64,000 nucleotides of DNA from Octopus bimaculoides. Its lineage: Eukaryota. The notes beneath the pieces are model-generated. The model was not told where the DNA came from. It saw only the letters and a program-made list of their open reading frames with translations, and searched no databases. A program made the translations under genes and the position numbers. The stretch is from assembly GCF_001194135.2 (NCBI RefSeq), contig NC_068986.1:45907188-45971187 (forward strand), read 5' to 3'. Shown here piece after piece: positions 48,201 to 62,904 of this stretch (within the stretch, counting starts at the first letter, position 1; each line of letters starts with the position of its first letter).

Positions 48201-51200
48201 AGTGAATTCTCTCTTCCAACTTGCCACTAGTACCAGGGACTGATGATGACTATGAAGTAGTGATGTATCCTCTTTACATGCAGGACAGGCTAAAGATTAT
48301 GTTTGGCAGAGAGTTTTGGGAGCCTCCGAATGAAAGATGGTTAATAGAAAACATTTCAGTGATCTGCTAATAGATGAGAGTTTGCTGAATTGTGAAGGGT
48401 CTGAGTGGATGTGGAGAGCCTTCATAACTTAGTTAAGATCATTATTATTCAGGGGCAATTTTTGGAAAATCTGCTTGTTGGAAGTGATCAAATTGAGAGA
48501 GGGTCAGATCCTTATCATGCACATAATCCTATATAAGTGTCACATATATAAGTGTGCTTATGTGGAGATGGGTTGCTTTGATTTGTATTCTTATATTTAT
48601 TTATTCATCTGTATTTATTTTTTTCATATTACTTTTCTTATATATTTGTATTTGTTTTGTATAAAGTGATGCTTAACCTGTCTGAATATATTCAATTACA
48701 TTTAACCCTAGGAGTTAAGTGTGGTATGAAAACCAGAATTCATAACCTTACACTTTTAATTTTAGATATCTTAAAGTAAAATTAAATAATTTTAGGCATT
48801 AAAAAAACCTCTGAAAGCTGCAACTACCTTTTCTCCTTGAAGACGTTAAATTAGAAATATTTTGGAATTAAAAATATTTCTAAAATTAGAATTATAAGCT
48901 ATAACAAAATATTAATTGTAATAAAAAAAAATTTAATAAAATATTTCTCCTTATTTTTCTTTCATTGTAAACATCAGTTTTGTAGTAGTGTAAATATATA
49001 TTTAGGTATTTAGTAGTTTTTTTCATAGAAACTATTTGTCATATTACAAGTAATAGAAGTGGGTTGTTAATTGAAACAGTACATTGCAAAAACTAATTAA
49101 GCAAAGTGTTGAAAATAGTAGTAATGTCAAAATATGGTTGGAAAATAAGATTAGAAAATGCTTCACCATGTAAATTTTGCTAAGACTGGTTGGATAACTT
49201 ATTGATTTATTACTTGCGTATGATGAAAAAATCTATTGGGAAGAAATTTTGTAATATTTATGCTATTGTAATATTTATGCTCAAGGGTAATGTGAAATAC
49301 ATGAAGTGAAATGTTTCAATTTTAAACTAAAACTGGCTCAAAAACTTTAGTTCATCTTCTGCTCTACAGTGTTTACCACACAATAGCAGAATATTTAAAA
49401 AATAGAGAAAAATTAAGGTAAACTCATTTACCCAGCAATTCTCTAATGTATACATTTCATATGTGATGTATTTATTTGCAATTTCTAATAGAGATACCAA
49501 TTCTCCTGTCAACATATGCGAACAGGCAAAAAAAAAAAAAAAGAAAGAGAAATGAAAGACTAACATGTTAAATAGTCCTTATGACCTTCACAATTTTCAC
49601 TGCAACAGAAGAGTAATCTCTAGGAAGGTAGTGAGAATTAGTTGTCTATTGTTGCTAGAGCAATTAGTAGCAAGAAAAGGATGTGTTGTTCTATTCTTGG
49701 CTAACAGACAGTGCATCTACACATCAAGTAAATAAAGTGCAGTGATGCAACAAACAATACTGCTATGCCATTCAAGAGAAAGCTGGTGTAGATGAAATTA
49801 GTAATGAATGAATGGGAGTAGAGAGAATAAAGTAAAATGCTCTTGCTATGTATCTCTAGTAATCACTGATTTACTCAGATAATATCTGATAAGGAAGATA
49901 TAAGAAATGTGAGAATAAGCATTTTTGATAAACTGATAATTTTTTCTAAATCAAAAAATCAAATGTTCAATCTCTCTCATTACTCAATATTATTATTATT
50001 TTGACCACAATCATAACCATAACCACAATTAAAATTACAATACTGATAGGTGCTGGCATGGTTGTATGATTAAGAAGTTTGTTTTGCACTCAGGTGGCTT
50101 CAAGTTCAGTCCCACTGCACAGCACTTTCATCATCATCATTATCATCATTTAATGTCTACCTTCCATGCTAGTATGGGTTGGACAGTTTGACAGGAGCCT
50201 GCACCAGTCTTCTGTGCCTGTTTTGGCAGGGTTTTTATGACTGGATGCCCTGCCTAATTCCAATCAACCACCCAACAGAATGGACTGAGTGCATTTTACA
50301 TAGCACAAGCGCAGGTGAAGTTAGTTTTGGCATAGTTTGTACTGCTGGATGCCCTTCCAAATGCCAACCACTTTACAGTGTGGACATTGGATAAGGCAAA
50401 CGAAAGCACTGCAAGTGAACTTTGTAGAGGGAAACTGAAAAAGAGCTTGTCATATATGTGCATGTATATTTAGACACATACACATGCATGTGTGTGTTTA
50501 TGTCTTGACATTGCAAGCTAATTGTAAACAGATGTCACTATGATACAGGCAGTGCCACCCATTTGCAGTCTTTCATGAAAACATATCTGCCCAGAAACAG
50601 GTGAAGGTTGGCAAAAGGAAGAGCATCTAGTCACAAAAAAATTACCCTCAGTAAATTTTGTCTGACCCATGCAAGCCTGGACAAATTGAGACTAAAACTA
50701 CGATGATGATGATTTCCCCATCTTCCTTATCATAACAGTTATCATTATAATCACTATTACCATCTTCATGATCACCATCATCATCTATATTCCTGAGATC
50801 TCCTTTATTATTTCTCCTATGTGTCCACATCTGAGTTTGCATGATTTAAATAGGTGTTTAGATTTAAATATATCACAGCACTATATATAACTGACAACGT
50901 TATGAGTACCAAAGACTTATTAGCTGTAGAGATATTGATATTCTCCATATTTTAGTCACTATCAGAAATCAGTAGTAATATTATAATACAAACAAATCCA
51001 AATAATTCTATGAATGAAAGTAGGAATAAAGGGACATGTTTGTGATATAGTATTTCAAACTATCAATATGTTGGTACACAGAATGCAAAAGTGTTCTATT
51101 TCTGAATATTCCAATTGTTGCTATTTTTTAGACCCCAGCCAGGAGTAAACCTATAACCAAAAGCATTCAAAAGATGTGCATTATGTATTATATTCAGGCA

Positions 51201-54191
51201 TCAGGTATCTAAAACTGTTATCCAATGTACTCTTAATATAATCTCTTTTAAAAATGTGGGATGTGATATAAGAGTAATTTGACTGTTATTTCTAGTTGTT
51301 CAAATGACTGTATATACATTCCCTTGTTGAACTCCAGTTGAATTAGTTTGGAAAAATGAATGCTTTACCATGTAAATAGCTTAGACTGGCTTGATAACTT
51401 AATATTGATTTATTACTTAGGCATGATGTCACTAATGTATAAGTGGAGGGAAAAATTGCATGATATTTATGCTATTCTCAAAGGTAATATAGAATACATG
51501 AAATGAAATGCTTCAACTGAAAACTGAAACTAGCTCAAAGAGTCATAATTTGACATTACTACTGTTTCCATTTAATTCAGTCAACCTAATTGCTTCATGA
51601 ACCACACTGGCCTGTAGGAGTGGTACTTAACATTGTCTGTTGCATATCAGACACAGATCTTCTAGATGTGGTGCTTGTTTAATGCAGGTAAATTTCTATG
51701 TAAGATTCAGTGATATAATGTGGAATGTTATGTCTTCCATAGAGACACAATGAGATAATGTTAGACATTACGTATGAGGAGAAAATAACGATATATTTAC
51801 AGGAAAAAAATTGAAGGAAATTAAATATTTTGAAATTCTATACAAAACTTGAACAATAAACATCTAGCATGAAGATAATTGTTTATCTATAGGACAGTAT
51901 AACATCTTGATATATATATATCAACCTAAAGGCTACTCGAGCATGTGCATGTGACATACATGCATTGTAATGCAGTAGAATATAACCAAATGCATGTGTG
52001 AGCATACCTGCATATTTGTATGTATATGAATGCATTTGATTAATAATATTAGACTAAAGGAAAAAATAAACATATATTGTGAAGTTTATGATTGGTTCAA
52101 CATTCTCTAGAAAGAAAATATTTTTAAAGAATATGTAAATATTATCATAACAAATCATATAGAATGAGAAATAACAATGAAGAAATTGTTGGTATTGATA
52201 ACTCTCATAAAACATTTGATGAAAGAAAAAAAATTTCCTGATAAGTGAATTAAATAATAGAAGATAAATAAAAGTATATGGCATCAAAATAAAACTAATA
52301 AAATGATATGATAGACTACATTCAAATACACAAAAACGTTTTGAAAATTTCAAATATTTTAAAAATTTTATTAAAGCTAAAATGAATGTTTTGAGCAAAG
52401 TACTTCTTTCTGGAGATAAAACATAATATTAATCATGACATTTATTTCTGAATAAGAACAGATAACACAAGATCATTGATACTTTGATTCCAACTTTCAA
52501 AAAATTTGTTAATGAAAATTAAATATTACCAGATTTAAGAAAAAATTAATCATACTTTGCTTTATGAAGAATTGAAATGTAACTGAATAAATCCACTTAA
52601 TAAAATTATATGCTAGCAAAGTGCCTTTCATCTAAAAATATTTCACATGCGATCTTCTTTTGATTGATAAGGAGGAAAGTAAATCATTCTTAACTAAAAA
52701 AAATCTAACAAATATTTTAGCTTGAGATGGTATTGATACAATATAGTTTTTAATATGTATACTCAATGTTTCTTTGTAGAGAAGCACTTTATTAGCAAAT
52801 GAAACATTTTATTTACATTTGAATTTTCATCAGTAAATCAAATTTAGAAACCTATTACATATTATATACTTCATGATAATAAAATAATTTATTAGAATAT
52901 CTATATATCTGGCTACTTTACTAATAGAAAAATGCTTGACTAATTTAGAAATTGTTAACATATATATGTTGATAACACAATTACAAAGCAGACCTTGTAA
53001 CAATGTATTTACAAATCTGTCATCAAACAAAATGTTATATTCTATAAATCAAGATGATAGCTTAAACCATAACACAAAAGAAAATTCTTTTCAATCATAT
53101 ATTTTCCAGCGATGCAAAACCTCACTCTTAAATCAGAAACCATTATTTTACTGATTTTAGTCAGTGGTTTGTGCCCATACTAGAGCATTACTTTATTAAA
53201 GGGTATAAACAACTATCAATATGAGAGTTGTTTCTGATAAACATAAGAAACATCTTAGAATGAAGAAATAAATTTACTAAACAAAATAAATCTGCAATAA
53301 ACAGTAATAAATTAGACATCTGAAACCCTTTTTCATTTGTTTCATTGCACTAAGTAATAATTATCACACTAAATCTGATTATTATCTGTTTTTAAAAGAA
53401 GAACTGATGGTAGCCTTGTAAGTTTAAAATTATAGTTATTTAAGCAAATAACCAGATTATTGACATACAGCTAACATTGGCTATGAGGCTTATTCATCTT
53501 TTTCTTCAGTTTCAATCAAAGGAAAGTTATATATATATATATATATATGTATACGACAGGCTTCTTTCAGTTTCTGTCTACCAAAACCACAAACAAGGCT
53601 TTGATCAGCTCACCGTTATAGTAGATGACACTTACCCAAGGTACTTTGCGATGGGACTGAACTCTGAGTGGTTGGGAAGCAAGCTTCTTACCACACAGCC
53701 ACACCTGTGCCTACGTATGATTTTTCTTGGAGTTTTAGCTAAATTCTTTATAAGAAACTTCAAGTCAGCCACTAACAAAACAACAAGGCTTTTTAAGCTA
53801 AAAGAATTCCAGGTGTTTGTAAATATCTGGCTGAGTTGATGTGTTGGTCGAGTTGCCAATGCCCACAGTCAAGTGTGGGCATCTATTTATCTAAAAAATC
53901 TCAGATGGAGAATCTTTGGAATGTCTTACAAATCTTTATTGCACCACTAATAGATTTGATTTGGAGAACCAGTGTCAATATCTTTTGCTCTTTCCTCAAA
54001 AAACCTAGTATTTCTACGTTTTTGTGTATGTATGCATATGTGTGCATATATATGTACACACATACACATGTATGCATGCATATATACCTATATATATATG
54101 TAGACAAAACTTACTTGGAAAAGGATGCATGGCGTTCGATCATAATAATATAAATAATATATAAATATATGCATATATACATACGTATATG

Positions 54192-55024
54192 NNNNNNNNN
54201 NNNNNNNNNNNNNNNNNNNNNNNNNNNNNNNNNNNNNNNNNNNNNNNNNNNNNNNNNNNNNNNNNNNNNNNNNNNNNNNNNNNNNNNNNNNNNNNNNNNN
54301 NNNNNNNNNNNNNNNNNNNNNNNNNNNNNNNNNNNNNNNNNNNNNNNNNNNNNNNNNNNNNNNNNNNNNNNNNNNNNNNNNNNNNNNNNNNNNNNNNNNN
54401 NNNNNNNNNNNNNNNNNNNNNNNNNNNNNNNNNNNNNNNNNNNNNNNNNNNNNNNNNNNNNNNNNNNNNNNNNNNNNNNNNNNNNNNNNNNNNNNNNNNN
54501 NNNNNNNNNNNNNNNNNNNNNNNNNNNNNNNNNNNNNNNNNNNNNNNNNNNNNNNNNNNNNNNNNNNNNNNNNNNNNNNNNNNNNNNNNNNNNNNNNNNN
54601 NNNNNNNNNNNNNNNNNNNNNNNNNNNNNNNNNNNNNNNNNNNNNNNNNNNNNNNNNNNNNNNNNNNNNNNNNNNNNNNNNNNNNNNNNNNNNNNNNNNN
54701 NNNNNNNNNNNNNNNNNNNNNNNNNNNNNNNNNNNNNNNNNNNNNNNNNNNNNNNNNNNNNNNNNNNNNNNNNNNNNNNNNNNNNNNNNNNNNNNNNNNN
54801 NNNNNNNNNNNNNNNNNNNNNNNNNNNNNNNNNNNNNNNNNNNNNNNNNNNNNNNNNNNNNNNNNNNNNNNNNNNNNNNNNNNNNNNNNNNNNNNNNNNN
54901 NNNNNNNNNNNNNNNNNNNNNNNNNNNNNNNNNNNNNNNNNNNNNNNNNNNNNNNNNNNNNNNNNNNNNNNNNNNNNNNNNNNNNNNNNNNNNNNNNNNN
55001 NNNNNNNNNNNNNNNNNNNNNNNN
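54192..55024. other. Assembly gap (N run). Other gaps: 22776-22870, 35535-36099, 45985-45994, 46603-46612, 60709-61105
   Basis: N runs, mostly flanked by (TA)n. Confidence 0.99.
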
Positions 55025-55044
55025 TATATATATATATATATATA

Positions 55045-55290
55045 TATATCTCCCCTTCTTCCTAGCTCTCCTGTGTGACCTTTCCGTCGGGCATTCACCG
55101 TGATAGATCATTAGCCACTACACATACTTTATTTTCTCTCCTTGTTTTTTTCTGTGCTCCCTTCTGTGGGAGAGCATAGGCTTGAAACGTTAGAGACTTT
55201 TTCCCTTCCAGAGTGTTAAACTAATACATCTGTTTATTGCCTACATCACCTGTCTTCGTCTTTTGCTTTTTTTTGTGAATTCCCCCCCTT
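55045..55290 (+). mobile_element. Penelope-like terminal-repeat fragment
   Basis: Contains GAGC-ATAG-GCTT-GAAACGTT (hammerhead-like helix II plus palindromic helix III) within pyrimidine-rich flanks. Confidence 0.4.
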
Positions 55291-55349
55291 TATACATTTA
55301 TATATACATATATACAGATATATATATATATGTATTATGTATATATACT

Positions 55350-55445
<96 letters not shown>

Positions 55446-55639
55446 TAGGTAATTAAGGAATTAATTCTCTCTTTATATTGTGATAAACTAGGGAATGAAG
55501 AGAAAAATTTTTTGAAGGAACTTTTGAATGAATATTAAACAAAATGAATACATTTAATCTTCAACTCTATTAAATTTTATTGGCCATTTAAGAAAAAAAA
55601 AATGAAAATAATTTAAATTGAAAACTAATGAAATTTCAG

Positions 55640-55674
<35 letters not shown>

Positions 55675-56768
55675 CTGTTAAATTATACCATCAAATTATA
55701 CCATCAAAATAATGAAATTTTACAAGCCTATCTACTTAAACTTAAGTGGATATTTTCCAAGAAATTTCAGATACTAATCTTTATAGATCTATTTAGTGGT
55801 CACAAATCATTTAGTGTAGTCTATTTTAGCTTTATTTTTAATTAAAGATTAAATTTAAGAATAGGTATTTCTAGAAGTCTCGTGATAACCACAATTTATT
55901 TCCTTATTTTCTAACTATTAAGTAAGGAAAAAAATTAAATGAGCAAAAACTGGAATCATTATTCAGCAGAAAGACCTTTTTGAAAAAACTCAAAAAATTT
56001 TGCATAAATGTTTTATTGGATGTACAGTGATTTATTTTTAATTAAATATAAGATAAGAAGAAACGATGTTGAAATATCTTTATATCGTAACAGCTTGATT
56101 AATTTCAAAAGTGCTTATTTCTTAAAGGATGAATCATTTAGCATGTGTACACAAGCTATTAGTAAACCAAGTCTAGAAGAGACTTTTGATTCCTGACTGA
56201 GGCATCTCAGTTTACTTTATGCATTTGCAATTGTCAGTAGGAATTCACAACCTGGAAAGGGATAAACCTCAATTAGCTGAGTTTCTGCTAGCAAACTATT
56301 TGAAAATTAAGATGGAAATTTATTGAACAATTAAGAATGATGTTATTGTTATATGGGAATAAACTACCCTTATAAAAAGCCAAATTTTCAAAATTTAATA
56401 GTTAAAGTGTCTTGAAATAGGTATTTTAAAATCTGACAGAATGCGCCATTAGATCAAAGTTTTATTGGAAAATTCTTTATAAGATTTAATTTTTGAGCCC
56501 AACTATACAACATTCACTTACCTATAGTTTTGTCAAATGGCCTTTGCAAGAACATGATAATGTAGATGTTCAGACCATTAATTAATATTTCAGTATGAGT
56601 TATTTATGTATTTGTAAATTTGACTAAGTTCTTGGGTTCAAACTTTGTATGCAATTTATCCTTAATAGAGGTTAGCCTTTTATTATTAGTAGGATCAACG
56701 AAAAAAGTACTCTATCTAGTATCATTTAATATATAAAGTATTTAAATATAAGCTATGAATTGTTCTTT

Positions 56769-56864
56769 TGCCTTGTGTCTCTGAGCAATCCTTCAGGCTT
56801 GAATACACATGGCTGGTCTTAATTAAAAAACTGAGCCTATAGGATTGCTTGGAGACACAAGGCA
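56769..56864. repeat. 32-bp imperfect inverted repeat, 32-nt loop
   Basis: tgccttgtgtctctgagcaatccttcaggctt vs gagcctataggattgcttggagacacaaggca: 27/32 Watson-Crick pairs. Confidence 0.9.
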
Positions 56865-59205
56865 TGATATATAAATCTGTTGAATTATTGTGTTTCGACA
56901 GCATGAGACTATTAGTAGCTCATATTTAAATACTATATATCTAAAATCCTACAAGGTCACTCATTTTCAAAGAATTGTGTCAAGTTTTTGATCTTTTTAA
57001 TTGATGAAAATGGTAAGTTTCATTTAAAAGCCTAGTCAAATTTTTTATGGATTAATCATTACACCAACAAATATGTTATGACTAATAGTTGAAGAACTGA
57101 AAATCTTGATTATTTGAAAACTTAACTGATACACGTAGGCAACTAAATGATAGCAGAAACGTAAGAAAAAGATTTAATATTAAAATAAGAACAAAGCTGC
57201 AAAGAGATTTGGAGAAAATTAACTTACATTTCAAACTGCTCAATAAATGATTAAAAATAATTTATAATGTCCTCTAATAACTTGTGTATTATATCAAATA
57301 TAACTTTTATTCAATATTTCTTGAAAATATCCTGTGTTTCATTTGTTTTCCAATAATCGATACTCTTTTAATACTGAATCAACATGTTGGTATAAATGAC
57401 ATTCGTTTCTATTCTGCCTCAATAATAATTCTACTAAGATCTACTTATTACATTCATTATAGGAACAGGCTTCTCAACACTTGTAGAATTTTGCCTTTAC
57501 CTATTTCTTCCTTCATTCATCATTATTGATTCTTTCCCAACAATCAGCAATTATTTGGTAAACAAGAAAGTCACAGATTATAACCTACATTGAAGAATAA
57601 TGTTTGGTTTTGAGTTCTTATCTCACAAATAACCAAATCATTTAGTTTCTATGATTTGGTAGCATTGGATTTCTATTCAGCTTCATATTTGAGTGATAAA
57701 TTCTCAAAAATGTCCAAGTGACTGTTTAATAATGAGACTCACTCTTTGGTTTAGCATCAATAGTCAGCTATGAATTTATGATACTGAAATATTTTCCATA
57801 GACATCTTCACTATCTACATTTCAATTCAACCTAAATAATAAGAATTCTACATAACTAGTTGAATAAATATGTATTAGTTTGATTGACTACAATGTAATA
57901 TATTTGGTTTTTCATAAACAGAGATGCTCTTTGCTTCAAAGCAGTTATTTAACACAACAGAAGCAACTGAATGTACTGATAGCATCCTTTAATCTTAAAG
58001 AGTAAAATTTAGAGCTCTTTAGTGAAACCAAGCATCTTCAACATATTAGGCTATAAAATACTGAACAATATATCAGTGTTCTTTGCCTCTCATAATAGTG
58101 ATAATCTGTTTGAAATACTAAAAGAAAAGACTGCTTTAAAATGGATGTAACAGTTATTTCAGTTTGAGAGAAAAATATTAACCTTTACTCCTATTACATC
58201 AAATGTAATTGACTTAATAGCTCAACAGTTATATTTCAAACTACTTCAGTTTTATATCAAGTCCTTTTATGAGTAAGTGTGCTATAAGATTCTAGTGTAA
58301 ATGAGCATGGTTAAAATTTATCTTAAAACTGAGAAACATTCAAAAAGTAGTTACAGAGCTCAATATACAGTTTGCAATACATTTCAATATTCAGTTTGCA
58401 ATATATTTCTAAGACATATAATTTCAGGATTTATTTATGGAATGAATAATACTTTTATTAAACTACATTATGCTGGAAAAAATGCAGCCATTTTACTTTT
58501 TTTAAGCTATTAATTCAAATCAAAAATATATTTAATATTAAATAAATCCATTTAGTCTTTAAATAATATTTTTAAAAATTAGATTTTAAGAATTGACAAG
58601 AGCTTGTTTAGGTCTATAATTAGAAAAAATGCTAAACATGTAAAAATCTATTTTTAGTCATAAAGCCATACAACCATAAAAATAGTTTCATATTTTAATT
58701 ATATTTAGAAAAATAAAATTTTATTAAATACAAAGTTAAAATTTACTGTATAAAGTAGCTTACTATAGTTCATCATTAGTATATTTTTCCAGTTGGATAA
58801 ATTTAGATTTAAATCTGTTTGTACTAACATTTACACAGTCAATATATATTTATCAAGTTTCAAATATCACAGAAAATATTATGACATGTAATTTCAATAC
58901 TGAAAAAGTATCTCAATCAATAGAAAAAAGGTCAGGCTATTTTTACAGGGAATTATCAATTCAAAATCTATATCCTTCTTAAAATCCAACTCACTATTGG
59001 ATGAAATTGGATCTGTTTTCTAGAAAGATGCAGTTTGAGTATTGAATGAAAATCTAAAAATGAACATTTAATGGTGATATGCATAATATAATATGAATAT
59101 TACTCTGAAACAAAAGAAGAAAATAAAGAAAGGAAAAAGAATATAAACTATAATGACACACTATTATGACAACTGTAGCCTGCTGGAAAAAGATAACATC
59201 ATTAC

Positions 59206-59240
<35 letters not shown>

Positions 59241-60611
59241 CATAATAATAATAATAATAATAATAATGATAATAATAATAACAGTAACATCAGTTCTTAG
59301 TGTTAATGTTCTGCTCAGTATTTGTCAATTGACACGAAAACCCAATGGAAAGGAGAGAAAAAATGTTAGGTGTTGACAGAAAGGAAGTACAGAATTTGAA
59401 TAACAGATTAATGGAAGAAAAGAAGAAAAACAAAAAAATGTGGTTTTTTTTTATAAGTTGAATAAAATGAATTATATTTTTGTTAGGAATCCTTTCCAAA
59501 ATATAATTTAAGGAATATTTTTGCAAAGTCTATAACAATATCAATTTATAATTCTAATAAATATTTTACAATGTAAATTTAACTTAAAATTTATGCTCTA
59601 TCATCAAGTGATAAAAAAATAAAAATTTTATTAAAATTTGAATGAGAGAATTGAACAAAAAAAAAATCTTAATTAACTAAAGAAAGTTTTGATATTTACA
59701 AAACAAAAGACATGTAAAGTAATTATAGCAAATGTTTTCAGAAACAAACTCAAAAGACATTCTGGTTCCAAACAAGAATTTTAAAAAAAAAGATCAAAAT
59801 AAACAGATTTGTATAAATCATTCATGAAATTAACAGTTTGCATTATTCTTGTAATGATTATTCTTAATTAGATAGAGAAAGGAAATAGATGAAGTGAATT
59901 AGAAAGTAAAAAGAAGACAATTAATAAATGAAGAAAAAAAAAGCAAAAAAAAGTAAATAAAATAAGAGTTTAAAAAAAATAAATGAAAAATACCATTCTA
60001 GAGAGCAGCAGAGTAGCAGAGTTCAGAAGTCAAAGTTGAAATGTTTGGAGCATGGAGTTGAAGACAGTGTGAAGCAGAAGATTAAAATCTCTACAAGTGT
60101 TGAAGAAAAGTGGTTAGTAGAAGTTCTAAATGAGCAATATGCCTTTACTTATGTTATGATTCTAAGGCATTTAAAAAAATTAGGAAAAATACAATGGTCT
60201 TAAGCATATTAGTATTTAAGTATATATTTCTAAAAGTTTAGTAATGTATTAAGATTTTTGTTCTCTTAATTATTTACTATAGCTTTTCAGTTCATTAATT
60301 TCTTTTAACAAACACACCTATGGAACAGTTATGTGAAATTTTAGGCTTTTAAAATTATTTTGGTACTATACCATAATGCTATTTGATGATGTTAGAAACT
60401 GGTAAAATTTTAAGTATCCATTACAAAATCAGCAATTAATTAAACATAGTAATTAAGATTATTAAAAAATAAAATGATGCATAAAGTATTTCTACATACT
60501 CATGCAAACAAACACACACACACATATTACATACACAGATATATGTACAAATGCATACACACATACATATACATATCTGAATATAATATATTTATATCTA
60601 TGATATATATG

Positions 60612-60708
<97 letters not shown>

Positions 60709-62104
60709 NNNNNNNNNNNNNNNNNNNNNNNNNNNNNNNNNNNNNNNNNNNNNNNNNNNNNNNNNNNNNNNNNNNNNNNNNNNNNNNNNNNNNNNNNNNN
60801 NNNNNNNNNNNNNNNNNNNNNNNNNNNNNNNNNNNNNNNNNNNNNNNNNNNNNNNNNNNNNNNNNNNNNNNNNNNNNNNNNNNNNNNNNNNNNNNNNNNN
60901 NNNNNNNNNNNNNNNNNNNNNNNNNNNNNNNNNNNNNNNNNNNNNNNNNNNNNNNNNNNNNNNNNNNNNNNNNNNNNNNNNNNNNNNNNNNNNNNNNNNN
61001 NNNNNNNNNNNNNNNNNNNNNNNNNNNNNNNNNNNNNNNNNNNNNNNNNNNNNNNNNNNNNNNNNNNNNNNNNNNNNNNNNNNNNNNNNNNNNNNNNNNN
61101 NNNNNCATTCTCTTTTGGTGCCTTATAATTTAACACGTTCACCAGTAAAATTTTCGCTTATTTCTTCTTTATTTTTCTAAAATTTTCATTGCATTTTGCA
61201 ACCTTTTCTATAGTTTTGAGAGTCAAAACTATTGAAAAGGTTGCAAGACGCGATGAAAATTTTAGAAAAATAAAAAAGAAATAGGTGGAAATTTTACTAG
61301 TGAATGTGTTAAATTATAAGGCACCAAAAAAATGACTCTCCCCAGACACAACAGAATATGCTTCAACACATGAACTCACGTAAAGAATCTTGCAAACCAA
61401 ATCCAAAAACGAAATATATATATATTTATATTTAATATATATATATATATATTTATATATAATATATACACTTATATATATATATGATATGGTGCTATGT
61501 CTTTTCCTCCAACGTTGTTGGACAAAAAATTATCAGACAAAAAGATGTCAGACCAAAAGACATGGATGAAGTGACGTTGGACAAAAAGTCGGGTCACAAT
61601 ATGATATATATACATTATATATGTATGTGTATGTATATATTTATATATATAACATATATATACATATGTATATATTTACATATATATATTCATATATTCA
61701 TATATATTCAAACACACACACATATATATATATTATATCTCTTTTGCAATGCTAGCATGAGTCTAATGAATATATATTACTGAGGTATTGTTTTTCACCT
61801 GGATGCCCCTTTTCAAGTTAGAGAGCATCATGCAGCTTGATTTGAACAGAGCTATTGGACAATTTGCTGACAGTGAATTCTTAACAAATAGCTGATAACA
61901 ACACACAAACTGGTAGAGACACATGCACCCAAACACACACACAACAGGATTTATATAGTTTTCCTCTGATAAGAAACCCACAATACATTGGCTTTCTTGG
62001 GGCTGATTTACAAAGCAATTGCCTAAATTACTACACTTGACTATTACTGAACTTGGCTATGTGGCTTCCTACCACACTGTCATGCTTGCACTTCATGTGC
62101 ATGA

Positions 62105-62141
<37 letters not shown>

Positions 62142-62200
62142 AGCATTTTAGTTCACTTGAAGCATTGTAGTGTAGCAGTAGAAAAAGGAAAGAAAAATAT

Positions 62201-62390
62201 AGAAAGTTTTACAAAAACCTTTATATTTCAGGTGCAAAGGCCCATCCTCTGAAGGAAGCAATCCAAAAAATGTCTAGTTATACTGATTTATTAAAATAAC
62301 GAAATCGGTGTAACTAGACTTTACTTGGACTGCTTCCATCTGAAGATGGACCTTTGCACCTGAAATATAATAGTTTTTGTAAAACTTTCT
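62201..62390. repeat. 190-bp foldback, 89-bp arms, 12-nt loop
   Basis: 62201-62289 vs the reverse complement of 62302-62390: 77/89 identical with no indels (hand alignment). Confidence 0.93.
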
Positions 62391-62904
62391 GCATTGTATG
62401 AATCTTTCTATATTTTCGTTTGCTTCTTTTTTTTACATATTCATATATATATATATATATATGCGCATCCATGTAATATAACATTATTCAAATGTTGGAT
62501 CAGAATACATGAGAAAATAAACATGCCTTCAGTTTCAATAAAGAATAATGTATTCTATGTACAGAAGTATGAATATAGATGAATATAGATACATCAATAA
62601 AATTGAATAATTATTTGAAATAAACTTTCTTCTCTGGCATTACCACAACATTTATTGAATGAATGTTGATTGATAGCATTAACTGATAAATCTATAGACA
62701 ATAAAACTAGCAGCAGTAATGCAATTGATAGTTAATCCAACATCTGAATAAAAATACTCTGTATTTTTGCATTGAGTTCTCTATGGTATAAATTAGTTAC
62801 AGCATACATACGTACATGTATATCTATCTATCTATCTATCTATGCACACACACATACATATATGTACATGTGTATACATGTATATATAAAATATAACAAA
62901 AATG

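Noticed and set aside
56517-56560. Strong donor AG|gtaagt preceded by MFLQRPFDKTIG, in phase with exon 47312
   Set aside because: No signal peptide, transmembrane segment, Kazal motif or promoter evidence; isolated consensus donors are common in long introns.
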